64,000 nt of DNA, taken from the NCBI GenBank assembly GCA_964408485.1, contig CAYOZJ010000002.1, positions 69,235 through 133,234 of the forward strand. Direction: 5' to 3'. Of the stretch, positions 1 through 9,449 are shown piece after piece. Within the stretch, counting starts at the first letter, position 1; each line of letters opens with the position of its first letter. Below the pieces are notes generated by a model. The model was not told the DNA's origin. It made no database searches and worked only from the letters and a program-made list of their open reading frames with translations. The position numbers were made by a program, and so were the translations under genes. This DNA is from an uncultured Gammaproteobacteria bacterium. GTDB lineage: Bacteria > Patescibacteriota > Microgenomatia > Levybacterales > UBA12049.

Positions 1-1324
1 TAATCATTTTGACTGCAGGAATATTAAATGAGTTACCCAATGCTTGTCTCATATCAACAACACCATGAAATTTCCCGTCATAATTAACTGGGCAATAGGC
101 AGGACCAGATGGATTTGGAAAACAAATTGGTTGGTCAGCAAAAGGTGTTGCTGCAGAATACCCTTTAATAAGCCCTTCTGCATAGGTGATTGGTTTAAAA
201 GATGACCCTGGTTGTCTGTGTTGGAGTGTAATATTCACATTACCATCTGTATGAGTTGTATCAAAATAGTCACGACTTCCAACCATTGCCAAGATTTCAC
301 CTGTTGCAGGATCTGTAACAACTGTAGCGCCATTGGTCACATGATACCCAACCAATTTAGCAACCTCACTCGCAACAGTATCTTGGGCAAAATTTTGAAT
401 CGTTAAATCAAGACTTGTTGTTACTCGTAGTCCTCCTGCTGCAACGCGGTCAGCCCCATATTGTTTTTCCAATAAGTCTTTTATGTAGAGGACAAAATGA
501 GGTGCTTTAATATCATCGGCAACATTGGCATAGGTAAGAGTCTCTGTAACTGCTTTGTCGTATTGGTCTTTTGTTATGTATCCTTGGTCGCGCATTGCTA
601 TAAGCACATCTTTCTGACGCTGTCTTGCTAGCTCTGGGTGGGGACCAAATGGGGAATAGGTTGTGGGCGCTTCAGGAAGTCCTGCAAGAAGAGCAGATTG
701 AGCAAGGTCTAAATCCTTTGCATGTTTGCCGAAATAGGTTTGGGATGCAGCCTCAATTCCATATGCTGTCCCGCCGTAAGGGATTTGATTTAAGTACAAC
801 TCTAAAATTCGTGCTTTTGGATAAAGAAGTTCGGTAAAAAATGCTAAGACAATTTCTCTCATTTTTCTTGTAACGGTTTGTTCGGGGGAGAGGAGTGAAT
901 TTTTGACTAATTGTTGGGTAATGGTTGATCCTCCTTGAATTTGTTTATGAAATACAATTACATAGAGCGCTCGAGCAATACCACGAAGGTCAATAGGACC
1001 ATGGTGATAAAAATCTCTATCCTCTATAGCAATCGTTGCATTCTGGACGTTATTGGGAATGGTTGCGAGGGGAATAAAAACTTGATTTTTCTTTTCGTAA
1101 ATGTTGTATAACAACGTACCATTTCGATCATAAATCTGTGTTGACTGAGGAATGTTGCCACTCGTCAGACTAATTGGAGATGGAAGGTCACGAAGGATAA
1201 AATAATAAAAAATGCCTGCAAGTAAAAGTAAAGGAAGAGCAATTCGCCCGTATACTATAAGCGTTTTGCGCGTTGGTTTTTTAAATACTTTTCGCACCGC
1301 TTTTGCAAGCTTCATTACTCTCAT
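1..1324 (-). CDS. Class A penicillin-binding protein (GT51 transglycosylase plus transpeptidase), 3' end beyond window
   Basis: My minus-strand translation from ATG at 1324 gives MRVMKLAKAVRKVFKKPTRKTLIVYGRIALPLLLLAGIF (TM anchor), then GT51 motifs EDRDFYHHGPIDLRGIARAL and GGSTITQQLVKN, then transpeptidase SSFKP (SxxK). There is no stop before position 1, and the frame was absent from the ORF track because it is truncated. Confidence 0.85.
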   Translation of the reverse strand, partial: MRVMKLAKAVRKVFKKPTRKTLIVYGRIALPLLLLAGIFYYFILRDLPSPISLTSGNIPQSTQIYDRNGTLLYNIYEKKNQVFIPLATIPNNVQNATIAIEDRDFYHHGPIDLRGIARALYVIVFHKQIQGGSTITQQLVKNSLLSPEQTVTRKMREIVLAFFTELLYPKARILELYLNQIPYGGTAYGIEAASQTYFGKHAKDLDLAQSALLAGLPEAPTTYSPFGPHPELARQRQKDVLIAMRDQGYITKDQYDKAVTETLTYANVADDIKAPHFVLYIKDLLEKQYGADRVAAGGLRVTTSLDLTIQNFAQDTVASEVAKLVGYHVTNGATVVTDPATGEILAMVGSRDYFDTTHTDGNVNITLQHRQPGSSFKPITYAEGLIKGYSAATPFADQPICFPNPSGPAYCPVNYDGKFHGVVDMRQALGNSFNIPAVKMI

Positions 1325-1356
1325 GATATCATTGAGAAGATTTTCTATCAAGAAAC

Positions 1357-2331
1357 ATGTTGAATTGGATAGACTATGCTATTGTAGCAATACTTCTTTT
1401 CTACGCAGTTGAAGGATATGCGTTAGGTGTAATTCCTGCATTCTTTGACTTGCTGCAGTTTAGTGCATCTTTTCTTTTAGGGCTTAAATTCTATAGTGCA
1501 CTCAATCCGCTTATTATTCACTTTTTTCCTCTTCCCGGAGGGATTGCAAGCGCAATAAGCTTTTTTGTTATTGCCTTCGTGAGCGAGTTTTTATTGCACA
1601 TTTTCTTTCGAATTCTGCTTAAAAGAGCATTTCAAGAAAGCTTTCTTCTAAAGCCTAATTTTCAAATGTTGAACAAAATACTTGGTATATTACCAGGAAG
1701 TATTTCAGGACTAGTCCTCGTGATGTTTATTATCACGGTTATTACCGCAATTCCTACAACTCCATTTCTTAAGCAAGCACTAAATACCTCCCGCATTGGG
1801 GGAGTACTTTTAGCAAAATCTCAGATTTTTGAAAAACAAGTTGGAAACATTTTTGGAAAAGCGGCAAATGACACAATTAACTTCCTGACTGTTGAGCCGG
1901 AAAGTAACTCAAGTGTTTCACTTCACTTTACGTATAGCAAAGGATTGCCAGATATATCAGCAGAACAAGAAATGCTTCAGATGGTAAATATGGAGCGCGG
2001 AAAAGTTGGACTTAAGGATTTAGATATGGATAATCTATTGCAGGTTGTTGCCCGCTCGCATGCGCAGGACATGCTTGTCAGAGGATATTTTTCCCATTAC
2101 ACACCTGAAGGCCTGAGTCCATTTGACCGAATGGATAAAGCAGGCATTGTCTACAGTTATGCAGGAGAGAATTTAGCCTTTGCGCCAAATGTCACTATTG
2201 CTATGCAAGGGCTCATGCAAAGCCCAGGCCACAGAGCAAATATTTTATCAAAAGATTTCGGGAAAGTAGGAGTTGGTGTGATAGATGCTGGTATTTACGG
2301 CGAAATGTTTGTACAGGAGTTCACTAACTAA
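1357..2331 (+). CDS. CvpA-family membrane domain fused to a C-terminal CAP/SCP (YkwD-like) domain
   Basis: N-terminus MLNWIDYAIVAILLFYAVEGYALG plus multiple TM segments are typical of CvpA. The C-terminus (YFSHYTPEGLSPFDRM...GENLAFAP...MQSPGHRANIL) matches the CAP/SCP domain signature. Confidence 0.6.
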   Translation: MLNWIDYAIVAILLFYAVEGYALGVIPAFFDLLQFSASFLLGLKFYSALNPLIIHFFPLPGGIASAISFFVIAFVSEFLLHIFFRILLKRAFQESFLLKPNFQMLNKILGILPGSISGLVLVMFIITVITAIPTTPFLKQALNTSRIGGVLLAKSQIFEKQVGNIFGKAANDTINFLTVEPESNSSVSLHFTYSKGLPDISAEQEMLQMVNMERGKVGLKDLDMDNLLQVVARSHAQDMLVRGYFSHYTPEGLSPFDRMDKAGIVYSYAGENLAFAPNVTIAMQGLMQSPGHRANILSKDFGKVGVGVIDAGIYGEMFVQEFTN

Positions 2332-2336
2332 AACTA

Positions 2337-2567
2337 TTAATTCTCGTCACTTCTTCTCCATGTGTCAGGATCAAGACGAGCGCTGCCTCCATGGGTATGT
2401 CGTTCTCCAGATATCGTATCTAAATTTCGTCGCCACATCTCACCAGGCTGCCATGTTTTAAATGGTCTAAGCCCATTACCACCGGTACTTAGATCTACAT
2501 CATTCTCGATTCTTCTTTTTCTTTGTTCTAGGGGCGTTTGATATTTCTTTTTTTGCTCAGTACCCAT
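2337..2567 (-). CDS. hypothetical small charged protein
   Basis: 76-aa ORF that fills the gap between two + strand genes. No recognisable domain and no clear SD. Confidence 0.25.
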   Translation of the reverse strand: MGTEQKKKYQTPLEQRKRRIENDVDLSTGGNGLRPFKTWQPGEMWRRNLDTISGERHTHGGSARLDPDTWRRSDEN

Positions 2568-2662
2568 ACTATTGGAAAAATTCTACCATCTTGAAAAAAG
2601 CAAGTCAATTCATTCTTCCTTAGCTCCTTGATCAAAAGTAATTTCCATACTATACTCAGTCT

Positions 2663-3700
2663 ATGATTCGTGTTGCAATTAATGGATACGGAAGAATTGG
2701 AAGAGTAGCACACAGAATCATGCTTCTTAAACATCCTGAGCTTGATGTCGTTGCAATCAATGCAGGGACTTCAACAGATTTGAAGGGTTGGATGTATCTT
2801 CTTAAGTATGATTCTAATTATGGAATATTGGATGGTGTTGACTTAGATATACGACTAAATACAGATAAGGCAAATCCCAACCTTCTCGGCAAGCTTCTGG
2901 TAAATAAAAAAGAAATTTCTGTTTTTTCCCAGAAAGACCCGAGTCTTCTTCCATGGGGGGATTTAAAAGTAGATGTTGTTATTGAATCCACGGGACACTT
3001 TCTTACGAAAGAAGATGCAAAAGCCCATATATCTGCAGGAGCAAAAAAGGTTGTTATTTCAGCTCCAGCTAAGGACGACACGCCTCCATACGTTGTATCC
3101 GTGAATGAAAAAGAGTATCGGGGAGAACAGATTGTGAGTAATGAATCATGTACAACCAATTGTATTACACCAGTTGCCAAAATAATGGAGGATGCATTTG
3201 GTGTAGAGAAAGCAATGATGACAACAATTCATGCATACACATCAGACCAGGAGCTTCAAGACGGGGGACACCATGATTATCGTCGGGCACGGGCTGCTGC
3301 AAAAAATATTGTCCCAACAACAAGCGGGGCGACTCTCGCTGCAGCACAAGTAATCCCTTCCCTTAAGGGTATATTCAATGGCCTTGCTCTTCGTGTACCT
3401 GTATCAACAGGATCGCTTTCTGATTTTACTTTCCTAGTAAAGAAAAATACAACAGTTGAGCAGGTAAATACTGCATTTAAAAAAGCAGCAAAAAATCCAA
3501 CATTTAAGGGAATTTTAGAAGCAACAAATGAGCCACTTGTTTCCTCAGATATTATTGGGAATTCTCATTCATCTATTGTTGACTTATCACTGACGCAAGT
3601 TGTGGGAGGGAATATGGTCAAAGTAATTGCGTGGTATGACAATGAATGGGGATATGCGCACAGATTGGTAGAATTAACGAGTGAAATTGGAGGAAAATAA
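2663..3700 (+). CDS. gap: glyceraldehyde-3-phosphate dehydrogenase
   Basis: MIRVAINGYGRIGR NAD-binding N-terminus, catalytic SCTTNC, C-terminal WYDNEWGY. Confidence 0.95.
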   Translation: MIRVAINGYGRIGRVAHRIMLLKHPELDVVAINAGTSTDLKGWMYLLKYDSNYGILDGVDLDIRLNTDKANPNLLGKLLVNKKEISVFSQKDPSLLPWGDLKVDVVIESTGHFLTKEDAKAHISAGAKKVVISAPAKDDTPPYVVSVNEKEYRGEQIVSNESCTTNCITPVAKIMEDAFGVEKAMMTTIHAYTSDQELQDGGHHDYRRARAAAKNIVPTTSGATLAAAQVIPSLKGIFNGLALRVPVSTGSLSDFTFLVKKNTTVEQVNTAFKKAAKNPTFKGILEATNEPLVSSDIIGNSHSSIVDLSLTQVVGGNMVKVIAWYDNEWGYAHRLVELTSEIGGK

Positions 3701-4293
3701 TGGACACAAATCCCGCAGACTTACGATTCCGCTTAATTTCCGTTTCCGGAAGAATTGCCTCAGGGTCAACTACGTTAGCCAAAAAACTCGCTCATGCACT
3801 ACGGTGGCAGCGGATGGAAGGTGGAGATATTTTCTGGGAAGCTGTACGGAGTAAATTAGGTCTTGATGTTAAGGATACAGGACTTCGCCCAGATGAGGAA
3901 GATTTAGCATTTGAAGCAATGCAAAAAGAAATTCTTACCACACGGGACCATATGGTTGTTGAAAGTAAACTTGCGGGGTTTGTTGCAAAGGATTTGAAAG
4001 ACGTGTTTCGGGTATTGGTTATTTGTGTTGATCCAGCAGGTGCAGATCAAACTAATATCCGTATCGATAGGCTTGTAAATCGCGAGCACATGAGTATTGC
4101 AGAGGCAAAAGAAGAAGTATTAGTAAGGGAGCAATCAGACGTTGATAAATGGAGACGTCTCTATGCTCCAACAGAGGCAGATTGGACATTTTGGAATGAG
4201 AAATATTACGACTTAGTTATAAATACGTATGCTCATGATCCAGACGAAGTCTTAGCTCTTGTTTTAGAAGCAGTTGGATATACTACGCAATAA
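3700..4293 (+). CDS. archaeal-type cytidylate (CMP) kinase family protein
   Basis: P-loop ISVSGRIASGSTTLAKKLA. Overall length and layout resemble ~190-aa archaeal CMK. The ATG overlaps the gap stop (ATAATGG). Confidence 0.55.
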   Translation: MDTNPADLRFRLISVSGRIASGSTTLAKKLAHALRWQRMEGGDIFWEAVRSKLGLDVKDTGLRPDEEDLAFEAMQKEILTTRDHMVVESKLAGFVAKDLKDVFRVLVICVDPAGADQTNIRIDRLVNREHMSIAEAKEEVLVREQSDVDKWRRLYAPTEADWTFWNEKYYDLVINTYAHDPDEVLALVLEAVGYTTQ

Positions 4294-4341
4294 AACTTCT
4301 TCTTGCAGAAAATAGCTATTGGTATTAGGATAGGAAAGCGT

Positions 4342-4908
4342 ATGAAGAAAATAATACTTATCTCGCTTCTTCTCTTCTTTTTTGTCTTTCCTAAAAATAG
4401 TATTGTTACGGCAGATGACAGCAGTATGAGCGCAACAGCGTCTCCAACAGCAGTGGTTGTTAATGACTATACACTTCCATACCCAGGTCTCTTACCAGAT
4501 AATCCCTTATATGTTATTAAGACAATTCGAGATAGAATTGTTACTTTTTTTATTTCTGATCCATTGAAGAAATCGTCATTTAACTTGCTTCAATCAGACA
4601 AGCGACTTGAAGCATCGTGGTATCTTTTGAAAAAGGATGTCAAGAATAATAGTCTTGCTCTTTCAACACTCTCTAAATCCACAACGTACTTTTCGCTATC
4701 TATTGACGAGTTACATAAAGCGCAGGGAAGCGGGGAAGACATAAATGCGCAGATAGATAGTATAAAAAATGCCATTGCCAAACATGTTGCTGTTGCCCAT
4801 GAAATGCTTTCTCTTCCAGGACTTGGAAATAAAAATGGATTTGCTCAGGAAGTAAAACGACTTGATAATATTCAGAAAACTGTATCGGGGTTTAGCCCTG
4901 AGGAGTAG
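4342..4908 (+). CDS. secreted protein, DUF5667-like
   Basis: Signal peptide MKKIILISLLLFFFVFP. The motif YTLPYPGLLPDNPLYVIK is, from memory, characteristic of DUF5667 proteins common in CPR genomes. The ORF track starts at 4303, but 4342 follows a better SD-like GGAAAG. Confidence 0.5.
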   Translation: MKKIILISLLLFFFVFPKNSIVTADDSSMSATASPTAVVVNDYTLPYPGLLPDNPLYVIKTIRDRIVTFFISDPLKKSSFNLLQSDKRLEASWYLLKKDVKNNSLALSTLSKSTTYFSLSIDELHKAQGSGEDINAQIDSIKNAIAKHVAVAHEMLSLPGLGNKNGFAQEVKRLDNIQKTVSGFSPEE

Positions 4909-5055
4909 GCTGACTTTAAGAAATTGACTAGAATCTGTTAACGAAGAAGAAGAGAATTTTCCACAAAAAAGAAACTGAGGCTAGAAAAAGGACTGACCCA
5001 ATTTGATACACTAATTGCTAGTTGACGCCACAGATTTAGGGTCCTAATATCGATA

Positions 5056-5082
5056 AGGACACTACATATGGGAAGTACTGTC
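5056..5082 (+). promoter_or_regulatory. candidate NrdR-box-like imperfect palindrome upstream of nrdR-nrdJ
   Basis: GGACACTACATATGGGAAGTACTGTCC partially matches the NrdR box consensus acaCwAtATaTwGtgt and lies ~35 bp upstream of the nrdR ATG. I found only one copy. Confidence 0.25.
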
Positions 5083-5113
5083 CAGGGCAGAAGGAGATCA
5101 TTAACAATTCATT

Positions 5114-5566
5114 ATGAAATGTCCATACTGCGGTAATAACCAAACAGAGGTTGTAGAAACACGAGATAACGAAGAGCTAGAGACAATACGCAGAAGACGC
5201 AGTTGCAGTAATTGTGGCAAACGCTTTACCACATATGAGCGCATAGAAAATGTCGATTTATATGTACGGAAAAAAGATGGAAGGCGTGAGCTTTTTAATA
5301 GGGATAAATTAAGAAAAGGTGTGCTAACATCTACAGAGAAAACAAAAATTTCTGTAGAGACAGCAGAAAAAATCGTTGCAGATATAGAGCAAGAGATTCG
5401 TGCAAAAGGAATACTTGAAATAAAAAGTAAAGAAATAGGGGACATGGTTGCAAAACGCTTGAAAAAATTAGACAAAGTAGCATATATTCGCTTTGCCAGT
5501 GTTTTTAAACGCTTTGTCGATGTAGAAGATTTTGAAAAAGAAGTAAGAAAGTTGGTAATTAAATAA
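5114..5566 (+). CDS. nrdR: transcriptional repressor NrdR
   Basis: MKCPYCGNNQTEVVETRD...CSNCGKRFTTYERIE zinc ribbon plus ATP-cone. Confidence 0.95.
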   Translation: MKCPYCGNNQTEVVETRDNEELETIRRRRSCSNCGKRFTTYERIENVDLYVRKKDGRRELFNRDKLRKGVLTSTEKTKISVETAEKIVADIEQEIRAKGILEIKSKEIGDMVAKRLKKLDKVAYIRFASVFKRFVDVEDFEKEVRKLVIK

Positions 5567-5567
5567 T

Positions 5568-8024
5568 ATGGGTGATACAAAAAAAACATTGGTTCCAAAT
5601 TTTGCAGGGACACTGCGCGAAACTGTCTTTATGGATAGATATGCCTTAAAAGATAAAGATGGTTTGCCAATTGAGCATTCCCCTGAAGAGACATGGAAAA
5701 GAGTTGCATGGGGTATTGCGCAAAATGAAAAGCCAAAAGACCGAAAAGTTTGGGAAAAACGATTCTATGATGCAATGTCTGACTTTAAATTTGTTCCTGG
5801 GGGGAGAATTCTCTCAGGAGCAGGGACAGATTATCAGGTAACCTACTTTAATTGTTTTGTTATTCCATCTCCTAGGGATTCACGAGGTGCAATTTTAGAT
5901 ACGCTTAAGCAAATGGTAGAAATTATGGCAAGAGGCGGCGGCGTTGGATTTAATTTATCTTCACTCAGGCCACGAGGTGCACGAGTAAAAAAAGTAAATG
6001 GAACGTCCTCAGGTCCTACAAATTGGGCAGCACTTTATTCTGTCGCCACAAGAGACATTGTTCAGCAAGCAGGGACAAGACGCGGTGCACTCATGCTTAT
6101 GCTGTGGGATTGGCATCCAGATGTTGAGGAGTTTATTACAGTCAAACAAGATCTTTCTAAAATTAATGGAGCCAACCTTTCTGTTTGTCTGTCAGATGCA
6201 TTTATGGAGGCTGTCAAAGCAGATGGCGACTGGGAATTAAAATATCCTGATTTGGATGATCCAAAGTACGATAAATACTGGGACGGAGAATTGGATAAAT
6301 GGATCGAGCGGGGAGGAAAAGTAAAAGTCTACAAAACAATCAAAGCAAAATACCTCTGGGATCTTATTTGTACTGCTGCATGGAGAAGTGCAGAGCCAGG
6401 TCTTCATTTCTTGGATAGGTCCAATAAAAGAAGCAATACGCACTATTTTGAAAGACTAGTTGCAACAAATCCGTGCGGTGAGCAGCCACTTGGTGCATGG
6501 GCTGTTTGTAATTTAGGCGCAATGAATTTGTCTGCGTACGTGAAAGATTCTGACTTGGCAAAAGATATTCCCGGATGGTTTGATTACGAATCATTTGGAA
6601 AAGACGTTAAAGTTGCGATGCGATTTATGGATAATGTGATTGATAAAACGTATTACTTCTTTAAAGACAATGAAGACTGTGCAAAAGATATTAGACGTAC
6701 TGGGCTTGGTATCATGGGGTTAGGAGATGCACTAATAAAGATGCATTTGCCATATGGGTCTGAAGAGTCGCTTCCTGTTATTGAAAAAATCTTTCAAGTC
6801 CTTAGAGACAATTCCTATCAGGCATCAGTTGAGGTAGCAAAGGAAAAAGGAGCATTTCCGCATTTCCAAAAAGAGGAGTTTCTTAAGGGGTATCACATTA
6901 AAGCATTGCCTCAGGATATAAGGGATGGTATTGCAAAGTATGGTATTCGAAACGGTGTCCTCTTAACGATTGCACCAACTGGGACGACATCTCTTGTTTC
7001 CGGCGTCTCTAGCGGGGTTGAGCCAGTGTATGAATTTGCATTCAAAAGACATGACAGGTTGGGTGAGCATATGATTTATCATCCACTTCTTGAAGAATGG
7101 TTAGCCTCTCATCAGGGGCAGGATAGGCCAAAATATTTTGTCTCAGCAAATGATTTGACACCAATGGAACATGTGAAAGTTCAAGCAATCGCGCAGGAAT
7201 ATATTGATTCCTCAATTTCCAAAACAGTGAATGGTCCAAAAACAGATTCTATTGAAGATGTGAAAGAACTGTATATGGCAGCATATGATTATGGTCTGAA
7301 GGGCGTTACGTATATGCGAGATGGATCAAGGCAAGGAGTTTTGGAAAGAGTAGATGATAAAAAGGAAGAAACAGCGGCAGTAGTTCAACCAACACTTCCA
7401 ATGATGCCTATGCTTTCCAGGCCTCAAAAAATTGAAGGAGTGACCTATCAAACAGAAACCCCAATGGGAAGTACATTTATTACGATTAATCACACAGAAG
7501 ATGGACAACCTTTTGAAGTCTTTATTAATATTGGTAAAAGTGGCAGTGATGTTTTCGGAATGGCAGAGGCACTTGGTCGAATGATTTCAACAAACCTTCG
7601 CCTTAATAGTGTTTTGGCTCCAAGAGAGAGAATCAAGCAAATTGTTGCTCAATTAACTGGTATTGGTGGATCAAGAAGTGTTGGATTTGGAGCGAATAGA
7701 GTTAAAAGTCTCCCCGATGCAATTGCAAAAATATTAGCAACACATTACAACTTGTCAGTAAATGGCAAAGTAGAGGATAGGCAAGTTATTACAAAAGTTA
7801 TGACCGATGGTGTTGTTCCAGCTCCTGAAACACATATCTCAGCAGAAGAACATGCGTCAGCAGAAGAAGCACATCCAGTAGCGCAGTTAACACTTGAAGG
7901 GAAAATGGAAGCAGCATCGACGAATACTTCTTTATATGATATTTGTCCAGAATGTGGCGTGAGCGCGTTTGCATATGAAGACGGATGTAAAAAATGCTAT
8001 AGCTGTGGGCATTCAGAATGCTGA
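5568..8024 (+). CDS. nrdJ: class II (adenosylcobalamin-dependent) ribonucleotide reductase with C-terminal zinc ribbon
   Basis: Active-site TNPCGEQPL plus long RNR large-subunit homology. C-terminal CPECG...CKKCYSCGHSEC zinc ribbon. Immediately follows nrdR. Confidence 0.9.
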   Translation: MGDTKKTLVPNFAGTLRETVFMDRYALKDKDGLPIEHSPEETWKRVAWGIAQNEKPKDRKVWEKRFYDAMSDFKFVPGGRILSGAGTDYQVTYFNCFVIPSPRDSRGAILDTLKQMVEIMARGGGVGFNLSSLRPRGARVKKVNGTSSGPTNWAALYSVATRDIVQQAGTRRGALMLMLWDWHPDVEEFITVKQDLSKINGANLSVCLSDAFMEAVKADGDWELKYPDLDDPKYDKYWDGELDKWIERGGKVKVYKTIKAKYLWDLICTAAWRSAEPGLHFLDRSNKRSNTHYFERLVATNPCGEQPLGAWAVCNLGAMNLSAYVKDSDLAKDIPGWFDYESFGKDVKVAMRFMDNVIDKTYYFFKDNEDCAKDIRRTGLGIMGLGDALIKMHLPYGSEESLPVIEKIFQVLRDNSYQASVEVAKEKGAFPHFQKEEFLKGYHIKALPQDIRDGIAKYGIRNGVLLTIAPTGTTSLVSGVSSGVEPVYEFAFKRHDRLGEHMIYHPLLEEWLASHQGQDRPKYFVSANDLTPMEHVKVQAIAQEYIDSSISKTVNGPKTDSIEDVKELYMAAYDYGLKGVTYMRDGSRQGVLERVDDKKEETAAVVQPTLPMMPMLSRPQKIEGVTYQTETPMGSTFITINHTEDGQPFEVFINIGKSGSDVFGMAEALGRMISTNLRLNSVLAPRERIKQIVAQLTGIGGSRSVGFGANRVKSLPDAIAKILATHYNLSVNGKVEDRQVITKVMTDGVVPAPETHISAEEHASAEEAHPVAQLTLEGKMEAASTNTSLYDICPECGVSAFAYEDGCKKCYSCGHSEC

Positions 8025-8222
8025 TGCATTCATAGCAGTATGCAGTAAGAATTATGGGCATATTGCGTAGAGCATAAAGCATAATTCATATATTTATACA
8101 TTGGGCAAACACCGTGTAATTCGGTGGAAGTGCCGCTACTGTAAATCCAGAAAACCATGTATAAATCATTCTCGAGCAAGAACGTTTTTGGGCACGTCCT
8201 TCTCGAGAGAGAGGGATTTTTT

Positions 8223-8885
8223 ATGGAATTAATCAAAAAAGTAATACAACAATGGAGTAAATCGATTGCTATTATTCTTTTTCTTGTCGTTGCGTTTTTT
8301 GCAGGCAATATTACTGTGTTCTCAAAAAGTGACCACCCGCAAGTTTTAGGAGCAAAAACCCAGATTACTCCTATTCCCACACGTACGCCGATTCCAACAA
8401 CAGTGCCAGTTACGATTGTTAACAATATTATTGTTCCAACATCAGTTCCATTAGCCATATCCCCAACACCTGTTCAGTTACCAATCGTTATCGTTGTTAC
8501 CCCCACGCCAACCCCGATTGAATCGGGGCCAACTATTTCACCCACAGAAATACCTATACCAACTGTTACGCCAACACCAGTTTCTCAAACAATAACCATA
8601 GATGTTGACTATGCCGGTGAGCATGCAGAAAGTATCTATACCACTTCAATTGCTGCAGGGGAAAGTGCATGGCAAGCTGTACAAGATGCAATCGGGTTAG
8701 CAAATATTCACTACACGGATTATGGAGGAAGCCTTGGAATATTCATTACCGGATTCAACGGAACAGACGCTAACTCAAGTCAATACTATGATTTCCAAGT
8801 AAATGGAATCTCGTCTAATGTAGGAGTTTCCTCATATACCGCTCAGGATAAAGACACCTTGAAGTTTGTGTTAACCGGTTTCTAA
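8223..8885 (+). CDS. secreted Pro/Thr-linker protein with C-terminal DUF4430-like (transcobalamin-like B12-binding) domain
   Basis: TM/signal IAIILFLVVAFFAG, a long P/T/V linker, and a C-terminal domain ITIDVDYAGE...WQAVQDA...HYTDYGGSLGIFITGFNG...YYDFQVNG that matches the DUF4430 fold family. Starts at ATG 8223 after GAGAGGGATTTTTT. Confidence 0.5.
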   Translation: MELIKKVIQQWSKSIAIILFLVVAFFAGNITVFSKSDHPQVLGAKTQITPIPTRTPIPTTVPVTIVNNIIVPTSVPLAISPTPVQLPIVIVVTPTPTPIESGPTISPTEIPIPTVTPTPVSQTITIDVDYAGEHAESIYTTSIAAGESAWQAVQDAIGLANIHYTDYGGSLGIFITGFNGTDANSSQYYDFQVNGISSNVGVSSYTAQDKDTLKFVLTGF

Positions 8886-8936
8886 TAGGTTCGACAAGCT
8901 CACTATTTATCCTGAGTTTATCGAAGGATTTCTAAT

Positions 8937-9449
8937 ATGAAAAATATTCTCGCTGTGTCTTTTATTATTCTCTCAGCAGTATTATTAAGGCTTGTTCCGC
9001 ATGTGCCTAACTTTGCGCCGATTGGGGCAATGGCACTTTTTGGAGGAGCCCATCTTCAAAAGCGATATGCATTTTTTCTTCCGTTACTAGTAATGGTTTT
9101 ATCAGATATTTTCTTAGGATTTAGCGCAAGTACGCCTTCGGTATATGTAAGTTTTCTTATTATCGTTGGTATTGGTATGTGGTTGAGAAATCATACCAGC
9201 ATTCAAAATGTAATCGTAGCATCGCTTATATCCTCGACTATCTTTTATCTGCTTACTAATTTTAATTTTTGGTATCCTCAAGCTTTATATCCGCGAACGT
9301 TTTCGGGCATGCTTGATTCCTATATCATGGCCCTTCCATTCTTCAGGCCAACAATATTTGGGGATTTGTTTTATAACGGACTCTTCTTTGGTGGGTATGC
9401 ACTGGTTCAAAAAATTCTTTTCAAACAAGTAAAAGTATATGAGCAGTAA
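8937..9449 (+). CDS. small polytopic membrane protein, possible ECF-type S-component (cobalamin uptake?)
   Basis: 170 aa with ~5-6 hydrophobic helices. Sits between the DUF4430 gene and the PduO-type adenosyltransferase gene. No diagnostic motif. Confidence 0.35.
   Translation: MKNILAVSFIILSAVLLRLVPHVPNFAPIGAMALFGGAHLQKRYAFFLPLLVMVLSDIFLGFSASTPSVYVSFLIIVGIGMWLRNHTSIQNVIVASLISSTIFYLLTNFNFWYPQALYPRTFSGMLDSYIMALPFFRPTIFGDLFYNGLFFGGYALVQKILFKQVKVYEQ

Noticed and set aside
212-837. Two + strand ORFs (212..406, 625..837) in the ORF track.
   Set aside because: They lie antisense inside a long, motif-rich minus-strand class A PBP reading frame (GT51 and SxxK motifs) that I could translate continuously from 1324 to the window edge.
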